Shown piece by piece: positions 11,320 through 20,366 of a stretch of 64,000 nt of DNA (the first letter of the stretch is position 1; each line of letters opens with the position of its first letter). The position numbers and the translations under genes are program-made. The stretch is from assembly GCA_963703315.1 (NCBI GenBank), contig OY969811.1, positions 2,944,001-3,008,000 on the forward strand, written 5' to 3'. Source of the stretch: an uncultured cyanobacterium. Lineage in GTDB: Bacteria > Cyanobacteriota > Cyanobacteriia > Pseudanabaenales > Pseudanabaenaceae. The notes beneath the pieces were generated by a model, which was given only the letters and a program-made list of their open reading frames with translations, was not told the origin of the DNA and ran no database searches.

Positions 11320-11832
11320 ATGGGTCAACTAATTTTATATATTGCGACTAGCTTGGATGGTTATATTGCTCGTAGTTCTGGGGCAGTGGACTGGTTATTT
11401 ACAGATCAAGACTATGGCTATGATGATTTTTATGATTCAGTCGATCGCCTATTGATGGGACGCAATACCTATGAGCAAATCCAGTCATGGGGCGATTATC
11501 CCTATCCAGAGAAGCAAGGTTTTGTATTTTCAAAAACTATTCAGCAGGAGCAAGATAAAAATGTAACTTTTGTTGTTGGTGATTTAGTGAGTTTTGTTAA
11601 AGACTTAAAATCACAGGATGGTAAAGATATTTGGCTAGTTGGTGGAGCGGCGATCGCGAAAACCTGTTTAGAAAATCATCTGATTGATAAATTTATCCTC
11701 TCAATTCATCCGATCATCTTAGGGGAAGGTATTCCTTTATTCCCTCCACCTCTTCCAACATTGAATTTAAAGTTAGAACACAGCCAAACTTTTGATACAG
11801 GATTGGTACAGCTTACCTATCAAGCTTTATAG
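11320..11832 (+). CDS. Dihydrofolate reductase family protein (RibD C-terminal-like)
   Basis: IATSLDGYIA, LMGRNTYE, IWLVGG, PIILGEGIPLF. Confidence 0.9.
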   Translation: MGQLILYIATSLDGYIARSSGAVDWLFTDQDYGYDDFYDSVDRLLMGRNTYEQIQSWGDYPYPEKQGFVFSKTIQQEQDKNVTFVVGDLVSFVKDLKSQDGKDIWLVGGAAIAKTCLENHLIDKFILSIHPIILGEGIPLFPPPLPTLNLKLEHSQTFDTGLVQLTYQAL

Positions 11833-11894
11833 CAAAGCTCTGTAAGCACAAATAAAAAAGCAGCGCGAGGCGCTGCTTTTTTATTTGTGCTTAC
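11828..11894. repeat. TATAGC-ended element fragment with perfect 25-bp-arm palindrome (GCGC-GAG-GCGC core); likely bidirectional terminator
   Basis: tatagcaaagc (contains the DHFR stop) then gtaagcacaaataaaaaagcagcgc gag gcgctgcttttttatttgtgcttac. Confidence 0.78.
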
Positions 11895-11899
11895 GTAAC

Positions 11900-13207
11900 C
11901 TAAACAGAAACGGTCTGCCACTCTAGACGCTCTAAGGTGTGAGAACGCTCTAGCGCACGCTCAAAGCTATCGAGTTTGGGTTCAATCAAGAATGGCTCAC
12001 CGACATAGCCTTGAATCGCTTCTTGAGTCTTGAGACCATTACCTGTGATGTAGACAACAGTAGTTTCTTCAGGATCGATTTTGCCAGCTTCAACCAGCTT
12101 CTTGAGAACAGCGATCGTCGTGCCACCAGCAGTTTCGGTAAAGATACCTTCAGTTTCTGCAAGGAGCTTCATCGCTTGGATGATTTCATCATCGTTAACT
12201 GATTCAATGTTGCCATTGGTCTTGTGAGCAATGTCGATCGCATAGATACCATCAGCAGGATTACCGATCGCTAAGCTCTTAGCAATGGTCTTAGGCTTGA
12301 CAGGGGTAATAAAATCGCGACCTTCTTTGTAAGCAGCAGCGATCGGTGAACAGCCTTCTGCTTGTGCGCCACTGAAGCGAACAGATTTATCATCCACTAA
12401 GCCCACCTTCACAAATTCGTTAAAACCCTTGTAAATCTTGGTAAATAAAGAACCAGAAGCCAGAGGCGCAACGATGTGATCGGGTAACTTCCATCCGAGT
12501 TGTTCGACAACTTCATAGGCGAGGGTTTTGGAACCTTCAGAATAGTAAGGACGGAGGTTGATATTTACAAAGCCCCAGCCGTGAGTATTGGCTACTTCTG
12601 AACAGAGGCGGTTTACTTGATCGTAGTTACCATGTACAGCGAAAACTTTAGGATTGTAAATGGTTGTACCGAGGACTTTACCTGCTTCGAGATCAGAGGG
12701 AATGAACACACAACACTCTAAGCCTGCATGGGCAGCTATCGCGGCGGTGGAGTTTGCCAAATTACCAGTACTCGCACAGGCAACGGTGGTAAAACCTAGC
12801 TCACGGGCGCGGCTGAGGGCTACAGAAACTACGCGATCCTTGAAGCTCAAGGTGGGCATATTGACAGCATCATTTTTGATGTAGAGGTTTTTGATGCCGA
12901 GACGCTTAGCAAGGCGATTTGCCTTGATCAAGGGAGTCATGCCAGTGGAAACATCGATATAGTTTTCAGTCTTAACTGGTAAGAAATCGCGATAGCGCCA
13001 GATCGAGAGAGGACCAGCTTGAATAGTTTCACGGCTGACTCTAGCGGCGATCACATCGTAGTTATAGGCAACTTCCAGAGGGCCAAAGCACAATTCGCAA
13101 ACGTGCATCGCCTTAGCTTCATACTCTGCACCGCACTCTTTGCACTTGAGATTACTAAAGGTGTCAACACGTTCGCTGGTGTAAGGAGAAACAATCGTTG
13201 CAGTCAT
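11900..13207 (-). CDS. thrC: Threonine synthase-like PLP-dependent enzyme with N-terminal zinc ribbon
   Basis: CKECG..CELCFG ribbon, PTLSFKDR (PLP lysine), ASTGNLA, EGSKT, ITGNGLK; start placed at MTATIVS. Confidence 0.85.
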   Translation of the reverse strand: MTATIVSPYTSERVDTFSNLKCKECGAEYEAKAMHVCELCFGPLEVAYNYDVIAARVSRETIQAGPLSIWRYRDFLPVKTENYIDVSTGMTPLIKANRLAKRLGIKNLYIKNDAVNMPTLSFKDRVVSVALSRARELGFTTVACASTGNLANSTAAIAAHAGLECCVFIPSDLEAGKVLGTTIYNPKVFAVHGNYDQVNRLCSEVANTHGWGFVNINLRPYYSEGSKTLAYEVVEQLGWKLPDHIVAPLASGSLFTKIYKGFNEFVKVGLVDDKSVRFSGAQAEGCSPIAAAYKEGRDFITPVKPKTIAKSLAIGNPADGIYAIDIAHKTNGNIESVNDDEIIQAMKLLAETEGIFTETAGGTTIAVLKKLVEAGKIDPEETTVVYITGNGLKTQEAIQGYVGEPFLIEPKLDSFERALERSHTLERLEWQTVSV

Positions 13208-13270
13208 GTTCTTGGTCGCCCTTTTATTGTTAAAGGTTTTCGTTTGATTTTTTACTTTAACGAACCTTAA

Positions 13271-13320
13271 CACGCTACTAAAATAGTCGTCAAATATACC
13301 CGACTAAAATAGTCGGATAT
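13271..13320. promoter_or_regulatory. Tandem Rrf2/IscR type-1-like operator
   Basis: ATACCCGACTAAAATAGTCGGATAT (13296-13320) and a degenerate copy 25 bp earlier (CACGCTACTAAAATAGTCGTCAAAT). Confidence 0.7.
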
Positions 13321-13360
13321 ATCTCTAAAGCAATAACAATAATATTAAGCGATCGCTATA

Positions 13361-13476
13361 TATAGCAAAGCAAGAGTTGGTTAGTACAAACTAAAAACCC
13401 AGAAGGCGAGTTGCGGCGCGGAGCGCCGCAACTCGCCTTCTGGGTTTGTGTCCTAAGCAAAACTTTTTTTGCTATA
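13361..13476. mobile_element. MITE-like element with TATAGC...GCTATA termini and central GCGC-GGA-GCGC palindrome
   Basis: Right end gtgtcctaagcaaaactttttttgctata is identical to the copy ending at 31846. Confidence 0.75.
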
Positions 13477-13658
13477 GTTCTTGAAACTCTCGCTTGAGTT
13501 CGTTAAGTACTAGCAAGGAAAATAACTTCTTAAACTCGTTCATAGTTTAATTCCTTCTCTTTGAATATTCTTCAACAAAGCAACATCTTTAGCATTAAAT
13601 CGGTCTTCACTCATGGGAATGATGGAGACAATCTCATCGTAGTCTAATAGGATTTTGA
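13477..13658 (-). pseudogene. Relic of a minimal nucleotidyltransferase (MNT)-like gene pair
   Basis: Minus strand reads KILLDYDEIVSIIPMSEDRFNAKDVALLKNIQREGIKL*, overlapping (ATGA) a second truncated frame MNEFKKLFSLLVLNELKREFQE; both ends are cut by repeat elements. Confidence 0.5.
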
Positions 13659-13773
13659 TATAGCTATAGCCATTTTAGTTAAGACATAAAACCCAAAAGA
13701 GAGTTGCGGCGCGCCGCGCCGCAACTCTCTTTTGGGTTTTGGGTTTGTCCTAACATAACTGGCTACCGCTATA
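13659..13773. mobile_element. MITE-like element with ~28-bp imperfect TATAGC terminal inverted repeats and central GCGC-GCC-GCGC palindrome
   Basis: tatagctatagccattttagttaagaca ... tgtcctaacataactggctaccgctata around aaaacccaaaagagagttgcggcgc gcc gcgccgcaactctcttttgggtttt. Confidence 0.75.
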
Positions 13774-13920
13774 CAAAGTATTGTTGCCCGTCATCGCAAA
13801 ACTCAGAAACATAGATAGTTCTGGTAAATTCAATGGAGTTGATTTCTCCCCAATCGATGTTGAGATTCTAACCCCTGACCTCCAACAAATTGATGCAGGG
13901 GATTGCTGTAAATACTGCCT

Positions 13921-14229
13921 TTACTCAGCTTCCAGAGGAGCCATAGTTAACCCTGCTTGCTTTAACTGCGCGTGATAAAGCTCAGCTTGCTCCATTGGTC
14001 CCACCCAGACGATCGCTAAGCCTTCAAAATGTACTTGATTAGTTAATTCCCACGCTAGATCTTCGGTCATGTGGGGAACATATTTCATCAAAGATTCAGA
14101 AACGTGTTCAAAAGTATTGAAATCATCATTTAACACAATGACCTTATATTTGGGGTAAGGCTTGCGTATTACCTCCCGCACAGTATCTTTAACTTTTTCG
14201 GGGGTTTGAACAGCAGCAAAAATAGCCAT
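13921..14229 (-). CDS. clpS: ATP-dependent Clp protease adaptor
   Basis: YKVIVLNDDFNTFEHV, VHFEGLAIVWVG, EQAELY. Confidence 0.93.
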   Translation of the reverse strand: MAIFAAVQTPEKVKDTVREVIRKPYPKYKVIVLNDDFNTFEHVSESLMKYVPHMTEDLAWELTNQVHFEGLAIVWVGPMEQAELYHAQLKQAGLTMAPLEAE

Positions 14230-14516
14230 AATTACAACAAACACTTTACTTCATTGATTATCTCAAAATTAATATAACTGTTGCGACCTCTTAGCAAAGC
14301 CGTAAAAAAATATTTTCTAAGACTTTTAAGATAAAGCTTAAGTACGCTATAATTAAAAACCTATGACTATAGGTTGAACTAGAACTCTCTTGCTAGGGAC
14401 ACCAAATTATAGACATAGGATGTAAACCGCAAAAAGCTGTAATGCTTGCTGCTCTTACATTTCCGGGAGGAAACCAAAAAATCTCAAGGAGAACAGGAAC
14501 AAGGATAAATTTAGTT

Positions 14517-15557
14517 ATGGTCAATCGGACAAAAACTGCTACTACCACCAATGTCGGCTTTACACATGAAGATTTTGCCAAACTCTTAGATAAGTACGAT
14601 TATCACTTTAGCCCCGGCGACATTGTTGCAGGTACAGTATTCAGCATTGAGCCTAGGGGCGCACTTATTGACATTGGCGCAAAAACAGCAGCATACATCC
14701 CCATTCAGGAGATGTCGATCAACCGAGTTGACCAGCCTGAAGAAGTTTTGCAAAACAATGAAACCCGTGAGTTTTTCATTCTCGCTGACGAAAACGAAGA
14801 AGGACAGTTAACTCTCTCGATTCGTCGTATCGAGTACATGAGAGCATGGGAACGTGTCCGTCAGTTGCAAGCAGAAGACGCAACTGTGCGATCGCTTATT
14901 TTTGCTACCAACCGTGGTGGCGCATTGGTCAGAATCGAAGGACTACGCGGATTTATCCCTGGTTCACACATCAGCACCCGCAAGCCTAAGGAAGAATTGG
15001 TTGGCGAAGAATTGCCACTCAAATTCTTGGAAGTAGATGAAGACCGTAACCGTCTTGTCCTCAGTCATCGCCGCGCCCTCGTCGAGCGCAAGATGAACAA
15101 GCTCGAAGTTGGCGAAGTTGTGATCGGTGTGGTACGCGGGATCAAGCCCTACGGTGCATTCATCGATATCGGTGGTGTCAGTGGTTTGCTGCACATCTCG
15201 GAAATCTCCCACGAGCATATCGAAACTCCTCACAACGTCTTCAATGTCAATGACGAAGTGAAGGTGATGATCATCGATCTCGATGCCGAACGTGGTCGGA
15301 TTTCGTTATCTACCAAACAACTTGAAGCTGAACCTGGTGATATGGTCAAAGACCCTCAACTGGTTTACGCTAAAGCCGAAGAGATGGCTGCTAAGTATCG
15401 TGAACAACTAAATGCACCTCCTGCGGTCATGGAAATCCCTGTTGCCGCAGTTGAAGAGGAAGAGTATGAAGTTCCTGATGCAATGGAAGAGCCAGAAATT
15501 CCTGAAGAAGTTGTAGCTGAAGCAGTAGAAGAAACTGAAACTGAAGCTGAAGCTTAG
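14517..15557 (+). CDS. rpsA: 30S ribosomal protein S1
   Basis: Three S1 domains (ALIDIGAKTAAYIP, GLRGFIPGSHIS, YGAFIDIGGVSGLLHISEIS); cyanobacterial Rps1a type. Confidence 0.96.
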   Translation: MVNRTKTATTTNVGFTHEDFAKLLDKYDYHFSPGDIVAGTVFSIEPRGALIDIGAKTAAYIPIQEMSINRVDQPEEVLQNNETREFFILADENEEGQLTLSIRRIEYMRAWERVRQLQAEDATVRSLIFATNRGGALVRIEGLRGFIPGSHISTRKPKEELVGEELPLKFLEVDEDRNRLVLSHRRALVERKMNKLEVGEVVIGVVRGIKPYGAFIDIGGVSGLLHISEISHEHIETPHNVFNVNDEVKVMIIDLDAERGRISLSTKQLEAEPGDMVKDPQLVYAKAEEMAAKYREQLNAPPAVMEIPVAAVEEEEYEVPDAMEEPEIPEEVVAEAVEETETEAEA

Positions 15558-15588
15558 TTAGGTATGAAGGAAAGTTAATATTTTCTAT

Positions 15589-15625
15589 AAACAAGGTGAG
15601 GCTTTCTTACCTTGTTTTATTTTTT
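15589..15625 (+). terminator. Intrinsic terminator after rps1
   Basis: aaacaaggtgag gcttt cttaccttgttt followed by a T-tract. Confidence 0.7.
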
Positions 15626-15629
15626 AGTA

Positions 15630-15658
15630 CTGACAACTGTAATCTTATAGGTTACAAT
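15630..15658 (+). promoter_or_regulatory. Putative higBA promoter with palindromic operator between -35 and -10
   Basis: CTGACA-17 bp-TACAAT overlapped by the palindrome TGTAATCT-TAT-AGGTTACA. Confidence 0.6.
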
Positions 15659-15753
15659 TGCCTCTATAGATAAATATTTAGTTAAGCATTTTCTGAATCG
15701 GAGGTTTTAATGAATATATCAGTCAGTCGCATTTAGAAATGAAATAAAAAATA

Positions 15754-16026
15754 ATGATAAAAAGTTTTAAGGATAAATTGCTTGAGAAATTACTAAATGG
15801 TGAAATACAAGCAACAAGTAAAGAACACAAAAAACTACAAAAGAGACTTGAACATATAGACTCAGCTTCAAAAATAGAAAATCTTAAGTTACCTGGATAC
15901 GATTTACATGAACTAAAAGGAAAGAAAAAAGGTGTGTGGGCTATAAAAGCATCTGGAAACTGGCGAATTACATTTAGGTTTGAAAATGGTCATGCTTATG
16001 AAGTAAATCACGAGGATTATCACTAA
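15754..16026 (+). CDS. higB: HigB-family (RelE/ParE superfamily) toxin
   Basis: MIKSFKDK, LHELKG, SGNWRITFRF, C-terminal EDYH; lies upstream of an HTH antitoxin. Confidence 0.88.
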   Translation: MIKSFKDKLLEKLLNGEIQATSKEHKKLQKRLEHIDSASKIENLKLPGYDLHELKGKKKGVWAIKASGNWRITFRFENGHAYEVNHEDYH

Positions 16027-16032
16027 GAATAA

Positions 16033-16074
16033 AAGTCAGGGATGTGATTTTATGTAAAATCACATCCCTGACTT
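16033..16074. repeat. Perfect 20-bp-arm palindrome between toxin and antitoxin genes
   Basis: aagtcagggatgtgatttta tg taaaatcacatccctgactt. Confidence 0.85.
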
Positions 16075-16115
16075 CTAGAAGTAGCGTATTTATAACGCAA
16101 AGAAGAGGTACTTTT

Positions 16116-16427
16116 ATGAATGAATTATTAGAAAGTTTAAAGAATAGAAAAAACAGACCGTCTCATCCTGGAGAGATTATCTTAGATATTTTGGAAGATG
16201 TAGAGATTTCTCAAACTCAGTTTGCCAAAATGCTAGGGGTATCTCGCCGAACAGTTAATCAAATTATTCGGGGACATAGACCAGTGACTGTAGATATGGC
16301 AATCAGGATTGGGAAGGCTTTGGGCAATGGTCCTGAGTCATGGCTCAATCTTCAGCAAAAGGTAGATCTTTGGGATGCTTTACAGAAGTATGAAGAAGAA
16401 TATGAGAAAGTATTGACGGTTGCGTAA
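16116..16427 (+). CDS. higA: HigA-family antitoxin (Xre HTH)
   Basis: HPGEII, SQTQFAKMLGVSRRTVNQI, WLNLQ; GAGG upstream of ATG 16116. Confidence 0.9.
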   Translation: MNELLESLKNRKNRPSHPGEIILDILEDVEISQTQFAKMLGVSRRTVNQIIRGHRPVTVDMAIRIGKALGNGPESWLNLQQKVDLWDALQKYEEEYEKVLTVA

Positions 16428-16430
16428 AAT

Positions 16431-17228
16431 TTGAAAAAGCGTTTAGATGTTTTATTGGTTGACTTGGAGCTTGCACCATCGAGGGAGCAGGCTCAAAAGT
16501 TTATTCGAGCTGGCTGGGTACAGGTCAATCAACAGGTGATTGATAAGGTTGGCACTGAGGTCAAGGATGATGCGGTGATTTTGGTGAAGCAACGATCGCC
16601 TTTTGTGTCGAGAGGCGGCGAGAAATTGGCAGGAGCCTTAGCTAAGTTTGCAGTAAATTTGCGCGATCGCACTTGTTTTGATGGCGGCATTTCGACAGGC
16701 GGATTTACGGACTGTATGCTCAAACAGGGTGCAGCAAAAGTCTATGGGATCGATGTGGGCTACGGACAAGTTGCTTGGGAAATTCGCAGTGATGAGCGAG
16801 TTGTGTTGCGAGAACGCACGAATTTGAGACATCTCACGTCTGAGGATTTATATACACCTGAAGATATCGTTCCCGACTTTGCAGTATTAGATTTATCGTT
16901 TATTTCACTGACGAAAATTTTGCCTTCGCTATGGAATTTGTTGCGATCGCCCCGTGAGACTTTACTTCTAGTCAAACCCCAATTTGAGGCAGGTAAGGGT
17001 CAAGTTGGCAAAAATGGCATTGTGCGCGAACCGAAAATTAGGGCTGAGGCGATCGCCAATGTTTTAACAACTGCTCAAGGTTTAGGTTGGCAATTTCAAG
17101 GTTTAACGCCTTCACCAATTCAAGGACGGACTGGTAATTATGAATATTGGCTATGGCTAAGTGAGAAAACTTCAGAAATTACTACACCTAGCTTTGAGGA
17201 TATTTTGGTAATTGCTCAAGATAAATAG
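16431..17228 (+). CDS. tlyA: TlyA family rRNA 2'-O-methyltransferase
   Basis: KKRLDVLL S4 domain, FVSRGGEKL, STGGFTD, DLSFISL, LVKPQFE. Confidence 0.93.
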   Translation: MKKRLDVLLVDLELAPSREQAQKFIRAGWVQVNQQVIDKVGTEVKDDAVILVKQRSPFVSRGGEKLAGALAKFAVNLRDRTCFDGGISTGGFTDCMLKQGAAKVYGIDVGYGQVAWEIRSDERVVLRERTNLRHLTSEDLYTPEDIVPDFAVLDLSFISLTKILPSLWNLLRSPRETLLLVKPQFEAGKGQVGKNGIVREPKIRAEAIANVLTTAQGLGWQFQGLTPSPIQGRTGNYEYWLWLSEKTSEITTPSFEDILVIAQDK

Positions 17229-17291
17229 ATCTGTAGCCCAAAAGAGAGTGGCGACGCGGCGCGTCGCCACTCTCTTTTGGGCTACAGATCT
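17227..17291. repeat. Perfect 31-bp-arm palindrome (GACGC-GGC-GCGTC core)
   Basis: agatctgtagcccaaaagagagtggcgacgc ggc gcgtcgccactctcttttgggctacagatct, beginning within the tlyA stop. Confidence 0.88.
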
Positions 17292-17450
17292 TAACGCTTC
17301 TTAACAAGCTAACCTTATTTCTAGATATAACTACCCATAAACTAAACACTAGTCGTAAAATAAGCTGTTATATAGGTATATAAACTGCAATTTATCAGCG
17401 AAATCTTCTAGCCGTATAAAAACAGCATAATCAAGAAAACAGTACGAACT

Positions 17451-18530
17451 ATGGTAGCTACTCCTTCTAAACCCAATGTAAGCCAGTCAAACCAACAAAA
17501 GGTTAATGGAACTGGCAGACGCGATAGTATTTTGACCCCACGCTTCTACACCACTGACTTTGAAGCGATGGCAAATATGGATATCTTCGATCTTACGCCA
17601 GACTACGAAGCAATCCTCGAAGAATTCAAATTTGACTATAACCGTCGTCACTTTGTCCGTACTGCCGACTTTAACCAAAGTTGGGATCATATTGATCCTA
17701 AAGTGAGAGAGCATTTCCGTGTATTTTTAGAAGGATCTTGCACCTCAGAATTTTCAGGCTTTCTGCTCTATAAAGAAATCGCTGTCAAAATCAAAGACAA
17801 GAACCCTCTGATGGCAGAAATCTTTAGCTTGATGAGCCGCGATGAAGCACGTCATGCTGGTTTCTTGAATAAAGCAATGCCAGACTTTGATTTGCAACTT
17901 GACCTTTCGACCCTATCGAAAACCAAGAAATACGTTTATTTTGCACCGAAGTTTATTTTCTACGCGACCTACCTCTCTGAAAAGATTGGCTACTGGCGCT
18001 ATATCAAGATTCACCAGCATTTCCTCTCTCATCCTGAATATCGCATCTACCCAATCTTCAAATTCTTTGAAAATTGGTGTCAAGATGAAAGCCGTCACGG
18101 TGACTTCTGTAGTTTGCTTCTCCGCAGTGAAACCAATAATATCAAGGGTATCAGAGCTAATCTCTGGAGCAAGTTCTTCTTGCTATCAGTCTTCGCAACC
18201 ATGTATCTAAATGATATTTGCGTTCGCAACGAGTTCTATGAATCCATCGGCATGGATACCAGAAAGTATGTCGATGAAGTTCTCCGCGAAACTAATCGTG
18301 ATGCTGCTAAGGCATTCCCTGTAATCATGGATTTAGAAAATCCTAAGTTCTGGTCTTGCCTGAAGAAGTGCGAAGAGAACAATGCCAAGTTAGTCAAAAT
18401 TGATGAATCCAATGCTCCTGAATGGTTGAAGAAGATTCAAAAGCTGCCTTACCTTGCTAATAATGGCTTGCAGTTCTTGACGATGTATCTACAACCTTCT
18501 ATTCCTACTCCAAAGGGTGTAGTTCTTTAA
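17451..18530 (+). CDS. acsF: Mg-protoporphyrin IX monomethyl ester oxidative cyclase
   Basis: LTPRFYTTDF, EFSGFLLYKE, DEARHAGF, YLSEKIGYWRY, WCQDESRHGD. Confidence 0.97.
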   Translation: MVATPSKPNVSQSNQQKVNGTGRRDSILTPRFYTTDFEAMANMDIFDLTPDYEAILEEFKFDYNRRHFVRTADFNQSWDHIDPKVREHFRVFLEGSCTSEFSGFLLYKEIAVKIKDKNPLMAEIFSLMSRDEARHAGFLNKAMPDFDLQLDLSTLSKTKKYVYFAPKFIFYATYLSEKIGYWRYIKIHQHFLSHPEYRIYPIFKFFENWCQDESRHGDFCSLLLRSETNNIKGIRANLWSKFFLLSVFATMYLNDICVRNEFYESIGMDTRKYVDEVLRETNRDAAKAFPVIMDLENPKFWSCLKKCEENNAKLVKIDESNAPEWLKKIQKLPYLANNGLQFLTMYLQPSIPTPKGVVL

Positions 18531-18553
18531 GAAATAATCGCAAAGCGATGAAT

Positions 18554-18592
18554 CAACAAAAAGGGACTCGCTTTGCGAGTCCCTTTTCGTTG
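18554..18592. terminator. Hairpin between convergent acsF and pntB
   Basis: caacaaaaagggactcgc ttt gcgagtcccttttcgttg. Confidence 0.7.
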
Positions 18593-18593
18593 G

Positions 18594-20006
18594 TTAAATT
18601 TGTTTTAGCTCGTTTGATAGCTTGGCAACCATATCCTTAGCACCTCCAAATAACATCATTGTTTTTTGTTGATAGAACAGGTCATTTTCCACACCCGCAA
18701 AACCTGCACTCATGCCGCGCTTAATCACGATCGCATTTTTAGCTCTATCCACTTCCAGAATTGGCATTCCATAAATGGGGCTAGCCTGATTCGTGCGTGC
18801 CGCAGGGTTGACTACATCATTTGCACCGATAATCAACACCACATCGGTATTCTCAAATTGAGTATTGATGTCATCCATATCGTATAGCTGCGAATAGGGA
18901 ACATTGGCTTCGGCTAGTAGCACATTCATGTGACCGGGCATCCGACCCGCCACAGGGTGAATCGCAAATTTCACTTCCACACCTTTGCGCTCTAGCAGAT
19001 CCGACAACTCACGGACAGCGTGCTGGGCTTGGGCAACTGCCATGCCATAGCCCGGAACGATCACGACCGATCGCGCATAGCCTAACATCATCGCGCATTC
19101 TTCAGGATCAATAGTTTTCACGCTTCTGTTACTACTATCGCTGGTATCACCATCTGATACTAAAGGTGTACCAAAACCACTAAATAGAACATTGGTAAGG
19201 GTGCGATTCATTGCCTTACACATAATCTGGGTAAGAATTAAGCCTGATGCACCAACTAATGCGCCCGAGATAATCAAGACATTGTTCATTACTACGAAAC
19301 CTGCGGCACTGGCGGCAACCCCTGACAGGGAGTTAAGTAGCGAGATCACCACTGGCATATCACCGCCACCAATGGGAATCACGAACAATATGCCAACTAA
19401 TAATGAGATCACATTAATTCCCACAAATCCCGCGAGATCGGCAGGATTGGCAATTAGCAACGCGGCTCCAACGGCAAAGGCAACTAATAGGGCAATGTTA
19501 ATGAATTGTTGATAGGCAAAGCGAATTGGTGCGCCTTTCATGATTCCTTGCAGTTTGGCAAAGGCAATCATACTGCCCGTAAAGGTGATATTACCGATCA
19601 AGATGCTGACAATAATCGAGAGGTTATCGACGAGGGGTAAGGTCTGACCATGACTGATCACGCGCCAATATTCACCTACAGCAACTAAAGAAGAAGCTAG
19701 ACCTCCTAATCCATTTAATAAGCCCACCATCTGAGGCATATCAGTCATGGCGACTCGATAAGCAATCAGGGAACCGATCGCCGATCCGATCGCGATCGCT
19801 ACCATAATCAAGCCGTAGCTCAATACTTGCTTATCAAGTAATGTGGCGATGACGGCTAAGAACATCGCGATCGCCCCTAGCAAATTACCACCCCGCGCTG
19901 TGGCAGGTGATCCCATCTGTTTGAGACCAATAATAAAGAGAGAAGCTGCAACTAAATAAGTTAATTGGATTCCCGTTGGCACATAATTCAAGATGTTTTC
20001 TAACAT
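18594..20006 (-). CDS. pntB: NAD(P) transhydrogenase subunit beta
   Basis: GGGDMPVVISLLN, PGYGMAVAQAQ, HPVAGRMPGHMNVLLAEA, GANDVVNP. Confidence 0.97.
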   Translation of the reverse strand: MLENILNYVPTGIQLTYLVAASLFIIGLKQMGSPATARGGNLLGAIAMFLAVIATLLDKQVLSYGLIMVAIAIGSAIGSLIAYRVAMTDMPQMVGLLNGLGGLASSLVAVGEYWRVISHGQTLPLVDNLSIIVSILIGNITFTGSMIAFAKLQGIMKGAPIRFAYQQFINIALLVAFAVGAALLIANPADLAGFVGINVISLLVGILFVIPIGGGDMPVVISLLNSLSGVAASAAGFVVMNNVLIISGALVGASGLILTQIMCKAMNRTLTNVLFSGFGTPLVSDGDTSDSSNRSVKTIDPEECAMMLGYARSVVIVPGYGMAVAQAQHAVRELSDLLERKGVEVKFAIHPVAGRMPGHMNVLLAEANVPYSQLYDMDDINTQFENTDVVLIIGANDVVNPAARTNQASPIYGMPILEVDRAKNAIVIKRGMSAGFAGVENDLFYQQKTMMLFGGAKDMVAKLSNELKQI

Positions 20007-20012
20007 GGTAAT

Positions 20013-20303
20013 TTATGCCTCTTTCTTCTTGAACATTTGCAACATCCGATCGGTGACCAAAAAGCCCCCGACGACGTTGATGGTGGCGCAGACGACGGAT
20101 ATCAATCCCAGAATGACGGAGAGATTAGGATTTACATCGCTACCTGCGACAATGAGAGCGCCAATTACCGATATGCCTGAAATCGCGTTAGAGCCAGACA
20201 TAAGAGGGGTATGTAATGTCGGTGGCACTTTGTTAATTACTTCAAATCCTGTAAAGGAAGCAAGGGCAAACACAAATAGAGCGCTGATTAATGATTCGTT
20301 CAT
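20013..20303 (-). CDS. pntAB: NAD(P) transhydrogenase subunit alpha part 2
   Basis: LHTPLMSGSNAISG, INVVGGFLVTDRML. Confidence 0.94.
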   Translation of the reverse strand: MNESLISALFVFALASFTGFEVINKVPPTLHTPLMSGSNAISGISVIGALIVAGSDVNPNLSVILGLISVVCATINVVGGFLVTDRMLQMFKKKEA

Positions 20304-20323
20304 AGTTAATATTTATGGATTGA

Positions 20324-20356
20324 GATTAGGGTTGGCGCTTTGCGCCGACCCTAATC
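20324..20356. repeat. GGCGC-TTT-GCGCC core palindrome inside the pnt operon
   Basis: gattagggttggcgc ttt gcgccgaccctaatc. Confidence 0.72.
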
Positions 20357-20366
20357 ATCTAGTTGA

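Noticed and set aside
13208..13360. Riboswitch upstream of the thrC-like gene
   Set aside because: The leader is short and AT-rich with no recognisable aptamer; the palindrome is better explained as a protein operator.
13781..13975. 64-aa plus-strand ORF with several cysteines
   Set aside because: TTG start, antisense overlap with the clpS 3' end, and no recognisable motif.
17290..17307. CTTAAC direct repeat upstream of acsF as a response-regulator box
   Set aside because: Only two short units, partly inside the adjacent palindrome, and no convincing fit to HLR1 or Pho-box consensus.
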